Positions 1 to 9,900 are shown, counted from the first letter of the stretch. The stretch is DNA of 11,146 bases from Candidatus Hydrogenedentota bacterium (GCA_034408725.1 JAWXCN010000077.1:1-11146), one strand, 5' to 3'. Program-made: numbers and translations. Notes: generated by a model from the letters alone, not told the origin.

Positions 1-20
1 CTCTCCGGAAAGGAGACTTT

Positions 21-128
21 ATGGCAACCGACCCGCCCGCAACGCCGTCGAATCCAACTCGCCGGGCATTTCTACGGACGACCGGAACAACTGCGGCGGC
101 CGCAATCGTTGCGGGGCGAGCACCGGCG
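21..128 (+). other. Tat signal peptide of the 2Fe-2S subunit
   Basis: T-R-R-A-F-L at nt 57-74, followed by an Ala-rich h-region (TTAAAAIVAG) and a candidate A-x-A cleavage site (APA|Q). Confidence 0.8.
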
Positions 129-659
129 CAGCCGACCGTCACTCCCAGTGAGAGCGCGCCAGCCGGGGCACATACGGACGGGCTAAATAACCAAGGCGCT
201 GTCCCAATCACTTTACGGATCAACGGCGAAGATCGCTCACTGAAAGTCGACCCGCGCACGACACTCCTCGACTGCCTGCGCGAAACCGTCGCGCTCACCG
301 GAACGAAGAAGGGTTGCGACCACGGACAATGCGGGGCGTGTACAGTCCATGTGGACGGCCGGCGCGTGAATTCGTGCCTCAGCCTCGCGCTCATGCACGA
401 CGGGGCCGAGATCACGACCATTGAAGGGTTGGGGACGCCCGGCGCGCTACACCCGATGCAGGAGGCGTTTGTCGCGTGCGACGGCTACCAGTGCGGCTAC
501 TGCACGTCCGGGCAGATCATGTCGGCCGTCGCGCTGTTACAGGAACCGTGCGGGCCGGGCGATGCCGATGTGCAGGAGTTGATGAGCGGCAACATCTGCC
601 GGTGCGGGGCGTATCCGAACATCGTCGCGGCGATCCAACAAGTCCGCAACGGCGCGTGA
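21..659 (+). CDS. paoA: Aldehyde oxidoreductase 2Fe-2S subunit with Tat signal (PaoA/YagT family)
   Basis: Xanthine-oxidase-family iron-sulfur motifs GTKKGCDHGQCGACTV...NSC and QCGYC...GNICRC. N-terminal twin-arginine motif TRRAFL. RBS AAGGAG at 11-16. Confidence 0.93.
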   Translation: MATDPPATPSNPTRRAFLRTTGTTAAAAIVAGRAPAQPTVTPSESAPAGAHTDGLNNQGAVPITLRINGEDRSLKVDPRTTLLDCLRETVALTGTKKGCDHGQCGACTVHVDGRRVNSCLSLALMHDGAEITTIEGLGTPGALHPMQEAFVACDGYQCGYCTSGQIMSAVALLQEPCGPGDADVQELMSGNICRCGAYPNIVAAIQQVRNGA

Positions 660-674
660 CGGGAGCGATGGATC

Positions 675-1673
675 ATGCACACCTTTGAGTTCATCCGGCC
701 AGCAGACCCCGAAGAGGCGGTTGCAACGGCGGCGCGGGCGAATACAGCGCAGCAGGGCGCTGATCTGCGATTCGTCGCGGGCGGGACGACCCTAATCGAT
801 CTGATGAAATTAAACGTCGAAACGCCTGCGCGCCTTCTTGACATCAACCGTTTGCCGCTCGACCAGATCGAAGCCGCGGCCGACGGCGGGTTGAAGATTG
901 GCGCCACTGTCCGGAATTCGAATCTCGCCAACCATCCGGCCGTGAAACGGGATTACGCCGTGCTGTCGCAGGCGATTCTTGCGGGCGCATCGGCGCAACT
1001 TCGCAACATGGCGACAACGGCGGGCAATCTGCTCCAACGGACGCGGTGCGTATACTTTCGCGACACGGCGATGCCGTGCAACAAGCGCGAGCCGGGTAGC
1101 GGGTGCCCCGCCATCACCGGTTTTAACCGCTCGCTCGCCATCCTCGGCACGAGCGAACGCTGCATCGCGAGCAATCCGTCGGACATGTGCGTCGCAATGG
1201 CGGCGCTGGAAGCGACGATTCACGTGCAGGGCGCGAATGGGCCGCGCGCGATTCCGTTCGGCGAGTTTCACGTGCTGCCGGGCGAAACGCCCGAACGTGA
1301 AACCGTGCTTGAGCCGGGCGATCTGATCACGCACGTGACGCTTCCTTCGCCGGTGCTGGGAAGCAAGCAGGTCTACCTGAAGTTGCGCGACCGCGCATCG
1401 TATGAGTTCGCGCTGGCGTCGGCGGCGGTCCTGCTGACCGTTGCGGCCGGCAACGTAAGCTACGTCCGAATCGCGCTCGGTGGCGTAGGAACCAGGCCAT
1501 GGCGATCGCTGGAAGCGGAGAGCGCGCTCACGGGCCAACCCGCCAACGAAGCGAACTTTCGTAACGCCGCCGAAGCGGCGATGCGCGACGCGAAGCCGCA
1601 AAGCGAAAATGGTTTCAAGGTCGAGTTGGCCAAGCGTTGCCTGACCCACGCGTTAAAGACCGCCGCAACGTGA
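675..1673 (+). CDS. paoB: Aldehyde oxidoreductase FAD-binding subunit with 4Fe-4S insert (PaoB/YagS family)
   Basis: FAD motifs AGGTTLIDLMK and ASAQLRNMATTAGNLLQ. Cys insert C-x9-C-x8-C-x18-C. C-terminal KLRDRASYEFA and NGFKVEL. RBS GGGAG at 661-665. Confidence 0.93.
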   Translation: MHTFEFIRPADPEEAVATAARANTAQQGADLRFVAGGTTLIDLMKLNVETPARLLDINRLPLDQIEAAADGGLKIGATVRNSNLANHPAVKRDYAVLSQAILAGASAQLRNMATTAGNLLQRTRCVYFRDTAMPCNKREPGSGCPAITGFNRSLAILGTSERCIASNPSDMCVAMAALEATIHVQGANGPRAIPFGEFHVLPGETPERETVLEPGDLITHVTLPSPVLGSKQVYLKLRDRASYEFALASAAVLLTVAAGNVSYVRIALGGVGTRPWRSLEAESALTGQPANEANFRNAAEAAMRDAKPQSENGFKVELAKRCLTHALKTAAT

Positions 1674-1690
1674 CCGGCGGAGGAGCAAAC

Positions 1691-3976
1691 ATGGCAAACA
1701 TAAAAGACAGCAAGGCCGGGTCCGCGACGGGCCGCGGCACGCCGCGCGTGGATGGGCCACTGAAGGTGAGTGGCGTCGCGCAGTACACATCCGATTTTCA
1801 TTTTCCCGGCATGGTTTACGCCGTGCCGGTTGAAGCGACGATTGCGAACGGCCGCGTGACGAAGATTGACACGTCCGCCGCCGATGGCATGCCGGGCGTG
1901 CGCGCGATTTATCATCGGGCAAACATCGGAACCATCTCGCGCTCGGTGCAAGGAACCGGCTTCGAAGGGATCACCGACGAGCGGCGCCCTCCGTTTGAAG
2001 ACGACATTGTGCGTTATTACGGGCAGTACGTCGCGCTCGCCGTCGCCGATACATTCGAGCAAGCGAAGGCCGCAGCCGATGCAGTGCGCGTGACATACGA
2101 GAAAGAGCAGCACAACGTCGAGACGGAATTAAAAGCCGACGACGAGCAGGATGACGTGACGACGACCTCCGAACCCGATCCGCGCCTGCAAAGTCAGCGC
2201 GGAGATTTCGGCGGCGCGTTCGCAAGCGCGCCGGTGAAAGTCGATCAGACGTACGTCACGCCGGCCGAAACACATAACCCGATCGAGTTGCACGCGACAA
2301 CCGCCTCGTGGGACGGCACGACCCTCACGCTCTATGAAACATCGCAGGCGATCTTCAACCATCGCGGCGTTCTTGCGCAGATGTTCGGGTTGCCGATCGA
2401 GCGAGTCCGTGTCGTAAAGAAGTTTCTCGGTTCCGGCTTCGGTGGAAAGCTCTGGCCGTGGTCGCATAGTCCGCTCGCGGCGGCGGCAGCGATGAAGCTC
2501 GGCATTCCGGTAAAACTCGTCGTCAGCCGCAGGATGATGTTTCAAACCGTCGGACACCGTCCACGCACGCAGCAGCGGGTGCGGCTCGGGGCGAGTCCCG
2601 ACGGTAAGCTCCTCGCACTCGAACATGACTACGTAAACCACACCGCGATTCGCGACGGGTATCACGAGAACTGTGGCGAAGCGACGCCGTTCTTCTACAG
2701 CGTGCCGAACCTTCGCGTTCATTTTGGACTTGCCAGACGCAACGTCGGCTCACCCACCGCTATGCGCGGCCCTGGCGCCGTGCCCGGATTGTACGCGACC
2801 GAATCGGCAATGAATGAGCTGGCCGACGCGCTTCAGATCGATCCGGTGACGCTCCGCGAGATGAACGAACCGGAGATCGATGAGGGGTTAAACATTCCGT
2901 TCTCGTCGCGTCACTATCTCGAATGTCTTTCGGTCGGCGCGGAGAAGTTCGGCTGGTCGAAGCGGACGCCCGAAGTCGCCTCAATGAAGCGGGACGGCCT
3001 GACGCTCGGCTGGGGCATGGCGGGCGCCGCCTGGCTCGCGGCACGCTTCCCTGCCGAAGCGAACGTGCAGCTTCGCGACGATGGCGCCGCGCGTGTCGCG
3101 ACCGGCACGCAGGATATCGGCACGGGCACGTACACGGTCCTCGCGCAACTCGTCGCGCAGAAGACGGGGCTACCGCTCGATAAGATCGAAGTGGTGCTCG
3201 GCGATACTTCGCTTCCTCCGGGGCCGATTTCGGGAGGATCGACGGTAACCGGATCGTTGGTGCCGGCTGTCTTCGCGGCGGCAGACAATGCGATCGCGTC
3301 GCTATTCAAGATCGCGACGGCGGCGGATCATAAACCAAATGGAGGGGAAGCCGGCGTCAACGTATTCGCAAATCGCAAGCCCGAAGAACTCGGTATCGAG
3401 AATGGGCGCGTGTTTGTGAAAGAGCGCGGCGCAGACAGCGGCGTCGCGTTCGCCGACGTGCTGCGCCGCGCGAACGTCCGAATGGCGTCGGGGAACGGAA
3501 CGGCGGAAGGGACGTTCGGTGATCCGAATCCGAAACTCTCGACGCACTCCTTTGGCTGTCACTTCGTTGAAGTCACCTGGCAACCGGAGATCGCGCGGCT
3601 GCGCGTGAGCCGCGTCGTCACCGTGATTGACGCCGGTCACATTGTGAATCCGCTGGCTGGGCGTAATCAGATTGAAGGCGCGGTAGTGATGGGGATCGGC
3701 ATGGCGCTGTTCGAGCACACGGTGTATGACAAGATGAGCGGCGCGCCGATCAACAGCAACCTGGCAGATTACGTGGTGGCGGTGAACGCAGATGTGCCGC
3801 CGATCGACGTTCACTTTTTGGATTATCCCGACAAGGAAATCAACGAGCTCGGCGCGAGAGGCATCGGCGAGATCGGCCTGGCTGGTATCGCATCCGCGAT
3901 CACGGCAGCGGTCCACCACGCGACGGGCATTCGCGTGCGGGAGCTGCCGGTGAAGATCGAAGACTTGCTGATGTAA
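1691..3976 (+). CDS. paoC: Aldehyde oxidoreductase molybdopterin-binding subunit (PaoC/YagR family), 761 aa
   Basis: Motifs RVDGPLKVSG, HNPIELH, GSGFGGK, MRGPG, QDIGTG, SGGS, NQIEG and ARGIGEIG (catalytic Glu). Start moved from the ORF-track 1637 to the ATG at 1691, which follows RBS AGGAG at 1681-1685 and removes the overlap with paoB. Confidence 0.93.
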   Translation: MANIKDSKAGSATGRGTPRVDGPLKVSGVAQYTSDFHFPGMVYAVPVEATIANGRVTKIDTSAADGMPGVRAIYHRANIGTISRSVQGTGFEGITDERRPPFEDDIVRYYGQYVALAVADTFEQAKAAADAVRVTYEKEQHNVETELKADDEQDDVTTTSEPDPRLQSQRGDFGGAFASAPVKVDQTYVTPAETHNPIELHATTASWDGTTLTLYETSQAIFNHRGVLAQMFGLPIERVRVVKKFLGSGFGGKLWPWSHSPLAAAAAMKLGIPVKLVVSRRMMFQTVGHRPRTQQRVRLGASPDGKLLALEHDYVNHTAIRDGYHENCGEATPFFYSVPNLRVHFGLARRNVGSPTAMRGPGAVPGLYATESAMNELADALQIDPVTLREMNEPEIDEGLNIPFSSRHYLECLSVGAEKFGWSKRTPEVASMKRDGLTLGWGMAGAAWLAARFPAEANVQLRDDGAARVATGTQDIGTGTYTVLAQLVAQKTGLPLDKIEVVLGDTSLPPGPISGGSTVTGSLVPAVFAAADNAIASLFKIATAADHKPNGGEAGVNVFANRKPEELGIENGRVFVKERGADSGVAFADVLRRANVRMASGNGTAEGTFGDPNPKLSTHSFGCHFVEVTWQPEIARLRVSRVVTVIDAGHIVNPLAGRNQIEGAVVMGIGMALFEHTVYDKMSGAPINSNLADYVVAVNADVPPIDVHFLDYPDKEINELGARGIGEIGLAGIASAITAAVHHATGIRVRELPVKIEDLLM

Positions 3977-3999
3977 AGCTCGCGCGCCGCCGTGCCGAA

Positions 4000-5355
4000 C
4001 TACTTCCCCTGATACTCGTTCAACTTGTTGCGGAGGGTGCGGACAGAGATGCCGAGAACTTCCGCGGCGCGGGTGCGGTTCTGACCGTGTTTGTCGAGGG
4101 TGCGCATGATGAGTTCGCGTTCCATTTCGTTGACCGTTGTGCCCATTCGCACGCTGACCATGTTGCCTTCCATCTTTTGGCTGAGCGCAGGGCCGAAGGT
4201 GAATTGTTCGGGACCGAGTACGCGCACAGACGAAAGCACGACCGCGCGTTCGATGATGTTCTGCAATTCGCGCACGTTGCCGGGCCAGTCGTAGTCCATG
4301 AACAGTTCGACGGTGTCCGGTGCGAACCCGGTAATCGCGCGATTGTTTTCCTGCACGTAGCGTTTCAGAAAAAAGTCCATAAGCGCGGGGATGTCTTCCT
4401 TCCGTTCGCGCAACGGCGGTAGCACGACGGGGATGACGTTGAGCCGGAAGAACAAGTCCTCGCGCAACTGTCCTTTTTCCACCGCGTCTTCCAGGTTTCG
4501 GTTGGTGGTGCAGATGATGCGCGTGTCGACCTTGATCGGGGTGCTGCCGCCGACGCGTTCGAATTCACGTTCCTGCAACGCGCGGAGAAGTTTTGGTTGC
4601 AACTCGACGCCGATCTCGCTCACCTCATCGAGCAGGAGCGTGCCCGTGTCAGCCAGCTCAAAACGGCCTATCTTGCGTTCGTGCGCGCCGGTGAAGGAGC
4701 CTTTTTCATGCCCGAACAATTCGCTTTCAAGCAGGCCCGCGGACAACGCCGCGCAGTTGACCTTGATGAATGGCCTGTCGCGCCGCGCACCGCCGTAGTG
4801 AATCGCGCGCGCAACCAGTTCCTTGCCGGTGCCGCTTTCGCCGCGAATCAGGATCGTCGCCCTGCTGTCGGCGACTTTCTGAATCTGTTCGTGGACGCGT
4901 TTCAGCGCCTCGCTCTCCCCCACCATCGCGGAAAAATCGTAGCGCCGGTTCAACTCATCTCGCAGGTACCGGTTTTCGCGCGTCATGCATTCGCGCTCGA
5001 TCGCGCGGCCCACGACCAGTTCCAGTTCATCCGGCGTGAACGGTTTCATGATGTAATCGAACGCGCCTTCTTTCAGCGCAGTGACCGCGGTCTCGACTGT
5101 CCCATACGCGGTCATGATGATGCACGCCGTCGCGGGACTCTGCGCGCGCACGGCGCGAAGCACCTCGACGCCATCCACCGGCTGCATCTTCAGATCGGAT
5201 ACGACTACGTCGTAGGTTTTCTTGCCGACCGCCTCGATGCCGTCGCGTCCATTGCCGACCGCGACCACCTCATGCCCCGCGCGCACCAATGCTTCCTGCA
5301 CGTATTCGCGCATCAGCGATTCGTCGTCAATTACCAGTATCGTCGCCTTCGCCAT
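4000..5355 (-). CDS. Sigma54-dependent response regulator (NtrC family; FleR/FlgR/FlbD-like)
   Basis: REC domain (VIDDE, SDLKM, MTAYG, KPF). AAA+ domain with Walker A GESGTGKE, ESELFGHEKGSFTGA, Walker B LLLDEV, DLFFRLNV and WPGNVRELQN. Fis-type HTH NRTRAAEVLGISVRTLRNKL. RBS GGAG overlaps the kinase 3' end, with 2 nt between the genes. The flagellar subfamily call is inference. Confidence 0.93.
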   Translation of the reverse strand: MAKATILVIDDESLMREYVQEALVRAGHEVVAVGNGRDGIEAVGKKTYDVVVSDLKMQPVDGVEVLRAVRAQSPATACIIMTAYGTVETAVTALKEGAFDYIMKPFTPDELELVVGRAIERECMTRENRYLRDELNRRYDFSAMVGESEALKRVHEQIQKVADSRATILIRGESGTGKELVARAIHYGGARRDRPFIKVNCAALSAGLLESELFGHEKGSFTGAHERKIGRFELADTGTLLLDEVSEIGVELQPKLLRALQEREFERVGGSTPIKVDTRIICTTNRNLEDAVEKGQLREDLFFRLNVIPVVLPPLRERKEDIPALMDFFLKRYVQENNRAITGFAPDTVELFMDYDWPGNVRELQNIIERAVVLSSVRVLGPEQFTFGPALSQKMEGNMVSVRMGTTVNEMERELIMRTLDKHGQNRTRAAEVLGISVRTLRNKLNEYQGK

Positions 5356-5357
5356 GC

Positions 5358-6581
5358 TTACTCCGCGCGCGGAATTCCGATTACAAACGTGGCTCCCGCG
5401 CCCGCCTCGCTCGTTGCCCCAATACGTCCGCCATGCGCCTCGACGATCTTCGCCGCGATGGCAAGGCCGAGGCCCGTGCCTTTTTCCTTCGTCGTGAAAA
5501 ACGGCATGAACACTTGTTCAAGCGTCGCCGCGCTCATGCCGCAGCCCGTATCGCACACGCGCAGTTCGACCAGCCCGTCTACGTTCGCGGACTCGACTCG
5601 AATGACGCCTTGTTCCGAAATGCTCTGCACGCCGTTCAACACGAGATTCAATATGACCTGCCGCAGCTTGTCGCTATCGGCCAAAACACGGAGACTGTTA
5701 TCGACATGATTCTCAATTGCGATGGCCTTTTCGCCCGGCTGGACATAGCTGATCGCCGAATCCACGAGTTCGCGGCACGGCACGGGTTGAATGCGCAGTT
5801 GGAGCGGATGGGTGAACTCGAGGAGATCGGTCACCACGCGTTCGAGCGCTTTCGAGCCTTCGAGTATTTTCTCGACCAGCCGCGCGCGCGGATCGACGGC
5901 GTCGATGTCGCGCGCGAGCAATGCGGCGAACCCGCGAATGCCGCCGAGCGGATTGCGGATTTCGTGTGCAACCGTAGCGGCCATCTGGCCTACGGCCGCG
6001 AGGCGATCCTGATGCCGCAATCGCGTGCGCAAGGATTCGATTTCGGTCTGGTCCTGAAACACTTTCACCGAACCGATGCGGCGTTGCGTGCTGTCGAACA
6101 GCGGCGAGTCGCACTCGTTCACGCGCACGTGCCGTCCATCTTTTGCGCGCAATTCCATGGAATGCCGGCCGGCGGGCACTGCGAACTCGCGACCAAACAC
6201 TTCGCGGAACGGCCGGCCGACCGCGTCGATTCGGCCATAACCGAGGGCATGGCTCGCGGCGCGGTTGAAGATCGTGACTACGCCGTGCGTGTCGACCGCG
6301 ATCACGCCGTCGGACATGCTCTCCATGATCGAGCTGAGGTATTCGCCGGTAAGCGCGAGTTCGCGGTTGGTGGAATCGAGTTCATCGTCGAGTTCGCGCA
6401 GCCGCGTCTCGAGCCTGCGATACGACTCTTCCATCGTCTGCGTCGTGCGCGTAAACGCGTCAAACGCATCCGCGAGCGCGCGGATGTCCGCGTCGCCCCC
6501 GGAGAGTCCCTTCCCCAATGCGCTAGGCGCGTCTGTCAATTCGGTCCGGTTCACTGCTGTCCATCGTACGGTATCGGTCAA
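5358..6581 (-). CDS. Soluble coiled-coil/PAS sensor histidine kinase (FleS/FlrB/FlgS-like); start uncertain
   Basis: H-box AHEIRNPL, N-box QVILNLVLNG, G1 DTGCGM, F/G2 FMPFFTTKEKGTGLGL. PAS-like SIMESMSDGVIAVD...FNRAA...FQD. No TM segment. The start may be TTG 6581, GTG 6554, TTG 6539 or TTG 6518; the last removes the overlap with the upstream gene. Confidence 0.9.
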   Translation of the reverse strand: MTDTVRWTAVNRTELTDAPSALGKGLSGGDADIRALADAFDAFTRTTQTMEESYRRLETRLRELDDELDSTNRELALTGEYLSSIMESMSDGVIAVDTHGVVTIFNRAASHALGYGRIDAVGRPFREVFGREFAVPAGRHSMELRAKDGRHVRVNECDSPLFDSTQRRIGSVKVFQDQTEIESLRTRLRHQDRLAAVGQMAATVAHEIRNPLGGIRGFAALLARDIDAVDPRARLVEKILEGSKALERVVTDLLEFTHPLQLRIQPVPCRELVDSAISYVQPGEKAIAIENHVDNSLRVLADSDKLRQVILNLVLNGVQSISEQGVIRVESANVDGLVELRVCDTGCGMSAATLEQVFMPFFTTKEKGTGLGLAIAAKIVEAHGGRIGATSEAGAGATFVIGIPRAE

Positions 6582-6957
6582 TTACATTTTGTCCGCGGCG
6601 TATCGCTTCCCACTCGCGCCGCACGGCCTGACGCTTTTCGCGGGTCTGTCCGGCAGCGCCGTTCACGAGTTGCTCGAGTTGTTCCGCGAGAGCGGCGGCT
6701 TCGGTCGCCAGCGCGCGCACACCCTGGTGACCATTTCCGCTGGGCGCTTTCGATTGCCATTCCCGCAACAGCACGCCAAATTCCTGCTCGAGGGCCGCGC
6801 TGTCGCGCGCATGCGTGGCGGACAACGCTTCCGCCGCGTCGAGATTATCTTCCGTAAGAAAGCGAATGATCTCCGGCTGTTCCTTGAGCATCCGTTTGTA
6901 CAGCGCGATCTGCCGCTCGAAGTAATCGCTGAACCTTTCAAGAATTCCCATGTCCAT
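6523..6957 (-). CDS. Small alpha-helical protein, possibly a FlgN/FliT-like flagellar export chaperone
   Basis: 144 aa, predicted helical/coiled-coil. ATG directly abuts the upstream stop (TAAATG). N-terminal RQIALYKRML and C-terminal Y...RIDRRA resemble FlgN-type chaperones. The CDS is well supported by operon packing; the family call is tentative. Confidence 0.6.
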   Translation of the reverse strand: MDMGILERFSDYFERQIALYKRMLKEQPEIIRFLTEDNLDAAEALSATHARDSAALEQEFGVLLREWQSKAPSGNGHQGVRALATEAAALAEQLEQLVNGAAGQTREKRQAVRREWEAIRRGQNVIDRYRTMDSSEPDRIDRRA

Positions 6958-9900
6958 TTATCCACCCGCCGTTGGCGCGACCTGTTTGCGAAGCCGTTGT
7001 TCGAGTCGCGCATATTCGGCCTTGATGCGCGCATCGTCCGCAAACGCTGAATCGGATGCGGCAAGCTCTTCCAGAATCGGCACGCTGTTCCAATAGTCAT
7101 CCAGTTTCAACATCGTGTTGGCGCGTTGAAACTTCGCCCATACCATGTCCGGACTTGGCGCGGCTTCCTCGGCCTCGCCTGCATCCGCGATCGCTGCAAC
7201 GTTCGTCGCAGCGGTGGCCGGTATAGCCGCAAGCGCGTACGCATCAAGCGCGGCCCGGTAATCGCCAGAGTTGTACAGCGCATCGCCCCACAGCGCCGCG
7301 GTCCGTTGCAATCGCTGGCGTTCTTCCGGGTGCGTCTGGACAAAGCTGTCGAAATCGGTGATCAGCACACGCGCGCGCGCGGTCTTTCCCGTATCGAGAC
7401 AGGCGCGCACGAGGAATTCAAAATCTTGCGGCGTTCTCTCGACGGGGTACGATTCGAACGCCTGCTGCATTTTGGTGAGCGCCTGTTCCGCGTCCACGTC
7501 AAGCAACGCGCGCCCCTGCGCCATCAACAGATCGAACCCCGATTTCGAGGACAGGCGCGTCGCGTCTAACTTTCGGATTACCGGCAGCGCGGACCCCAGC
7601 GCGCCGTTGTTCAGCAACGCCGTCGCCGCGTGGGCCAGCAGTTCCGGATCATTGCTGAGCGACGCAACTTTTTCGTAGGCCGCCGTGGCGCGGCGAGTGA
7701 GCCCAAGATCGCCATAAATGTCGCCGAGCGCGGACTGTATCGCGAGACCATGCGCCTCCGCCCACGGTGAATTCGCGAGCGCCGCTAGCCGGTCTATCGC
7801 GGGCGCAAGTTCGCCACGCTTGTACTCGATTCGCGCAAGCTCGACGGAAGCCTCGGCTGACTGCGGTGTTTGCGGGAACGCATCGAGCACGCGTTTGAAC
7901 AGGATTTCCGCTTTGTCGTTTTCCTGAAACTCAAGATAAATCTTACCGGCGTCGAGCACGAGCACCGGATCGTTGGCGCCTAGTTCATCGGCCTTGACCA
8001 TCGCCTCCGCCGCGCCGCGTGTGTCACCCGCGCTGCTCAACATCAACGCGCGGTTGCGCGCGACATCGGCATTCGTGTCAAATCGTTTCGCGGCCTGCTC
8101 GGCAAGTTCAAGCGCCTGGCCGCGGTCGCCGGTCGCTTCAAGCCCTCGCGTCAACTCGACAACCGCCTCCGGCACATGCGCGCTCTCGGGAAAGAACCCA
8201 AGCAACTCCCGCGCAACGCGCACCGATTCCACCGGCTTTCCCGCCGCGCGATAGGCTTTGGCAAGTTCGATGTAGACCCCGTCGTTGCCGTCCACAGTCG
8301 TGGCGGATTGTAGCCGCGATTCCAGCGCCTGAATCGCGCGCGGCAGGTCGCCCGCCTTTTTCGCGATCCGCGCAAGCCCGAGGGCCGCTTCCGCGCCTAT
8401 ACGCGAATCGGCACGCGCGGCCGCGACCTCACTGTATGCCGCCTCGGCTTCCGCTGTCCGTCCGCTGTCCTCGTAACTCTTCGCCAGCATCATTTGCGCA
8501 TTGCTCTTGTGCGGCGAATCCGGAAATTCCTGCACGATGCGCTGAAGCGAGGATGCCGCCTCGTCCCAAAAATTCAACTCTAGTGAGAGGCGCGCATGTT
8601 GCAACAGGATACTGTCCGCGTTTGGCGTGGCCGGATAGTTCCCCAAGATGCGCGCATAGGTGTCGCGCGCGGTTGTCGGCGATCCCGTGCGCGCATACAA
8701 CTCCGCTTTCCACCCGAGGGCTTCGGGATTGCGCGCATACGCCGGATTCAATGCGACGACGTCTTCTATATTCTTGAGGACCGTTTCGGTATCAAGGTCG
8801 CGGGGTATCGGGGGCAGGGAGCGGTATCCCGACTCGACGTGCAGGAACCGTGCTTCGTCCAGTAACGGGCTGTGTTCCGCACTTCGAATCGCACTTCCCA
8901 ATTGGCGCATCGCGGACACATAGTCGCCTTTGCCCATGAACTCTTTGGCAATGATGATTGCGTCTTCCAGATTCACAGGGCTGGCGTCCGCGGCCATCGG
9001 GGAAACGTCAACGTCTGCATCGCTGCCGGGCCAGAAAAACACCAGCGCGCCAACTCCCGCAATCAGCGAGGCCGCCAACGATGCAACAAGTTTGGCTGGC
9101 AATTTCGCGCCGCGTTTGAGCCGACGCTCGATCACCGGCGATTCGCCTTCGACGGCTGCTTCACCAAGCTCGTCGGGAGTCTCGCCTTCTAACGCCGGTG
9201 TTTGACGCCCCGGCATTCCCATATCGGCGAAATCATCGTCAGACAGCTCGACCGCCATCGTTTCGCCGCGTGACACATCGACACCCCTGGCGGTTCCGGC
9301 CGCGTCTTTTGCGGGCGGCGCCGTGGTGGCCGCGGCCTGCGCGGCCTGCGCAAGCAAGGAGTCGATTAAGTCTTTTCCAAGCGGTTGATCCGCGGCTTCG
9401 GGGTTGGGGACCGCCGCCGCGAGGTTTTCGCGTCCGACATTTGCAATTTCGCTTTCTTGCGCGGCCCGATCCGCCACGTCGTCCGATTCGCGTCCGAGCG
9501 TCAACGGTTGCGGTGCATCCTCGCGGACCATGGGGTGCGCCGCGAGCAGCGCATCGAGTTCGCTTTGTCCCAGCGACACTGCTGCGGCATTTTCCTGCGT
9601 TGAAGTCTCTACCGATGCCGCAATGACAGCGTCCAGATCGGTTTCGCTCAGGCGTTCCGCGGCGGGGGGCAACAAGAGGGCGTCAAGTTCATCTTCCGAC
9701 TGTAGTTCAGTCGCGTCTGCCGGAAATTCCACTGGCTCCGTAGTTGTGCCAGCACGCGAGGTGCGTTTCGTATCGATCTCCACCTGATCAATCCGGCGCA
9801 ATGCCGCTTCCGCCGCGACAAAGTTCGTGGGTTCTGCGTCCGCAAGCGCGAGAAGCGTATCAATCTCTGTTTGGTCGACCGCCTCCGATTGCGCTCTGGC

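Noticed and set aside
1637-1690. ORF-track N-terminal extension of the Moco subunit
   Set aside because: It overlaps paoB and lacks an RBS. The ATG at 1691 has a strong AGGAG.
497-3919. Minus-strand ORFs over paoABC (e.g. 810-1649, 1460-2113, 2129-2722, 3302-3919)
   Set aside because: They are antisense to conserved genes, are Arg-rich or low-information, and have no RBS or domain support.
4690-4710. GSFTGA instead of GAFTGA in the activator
   Set aside because: This is a common functional variant among sigma54 activators and not evidence of sigma54 independence.
4597-6857. Long + strand ORFs 4597-5709 (370 aa) and 5289-6857 (522 aa)
   Set aside because: They are antisense shadows of the well-supported regulator and kinase genes, with no recognisable motifs. 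Such ORFs are expected in high-GC coding DNA.
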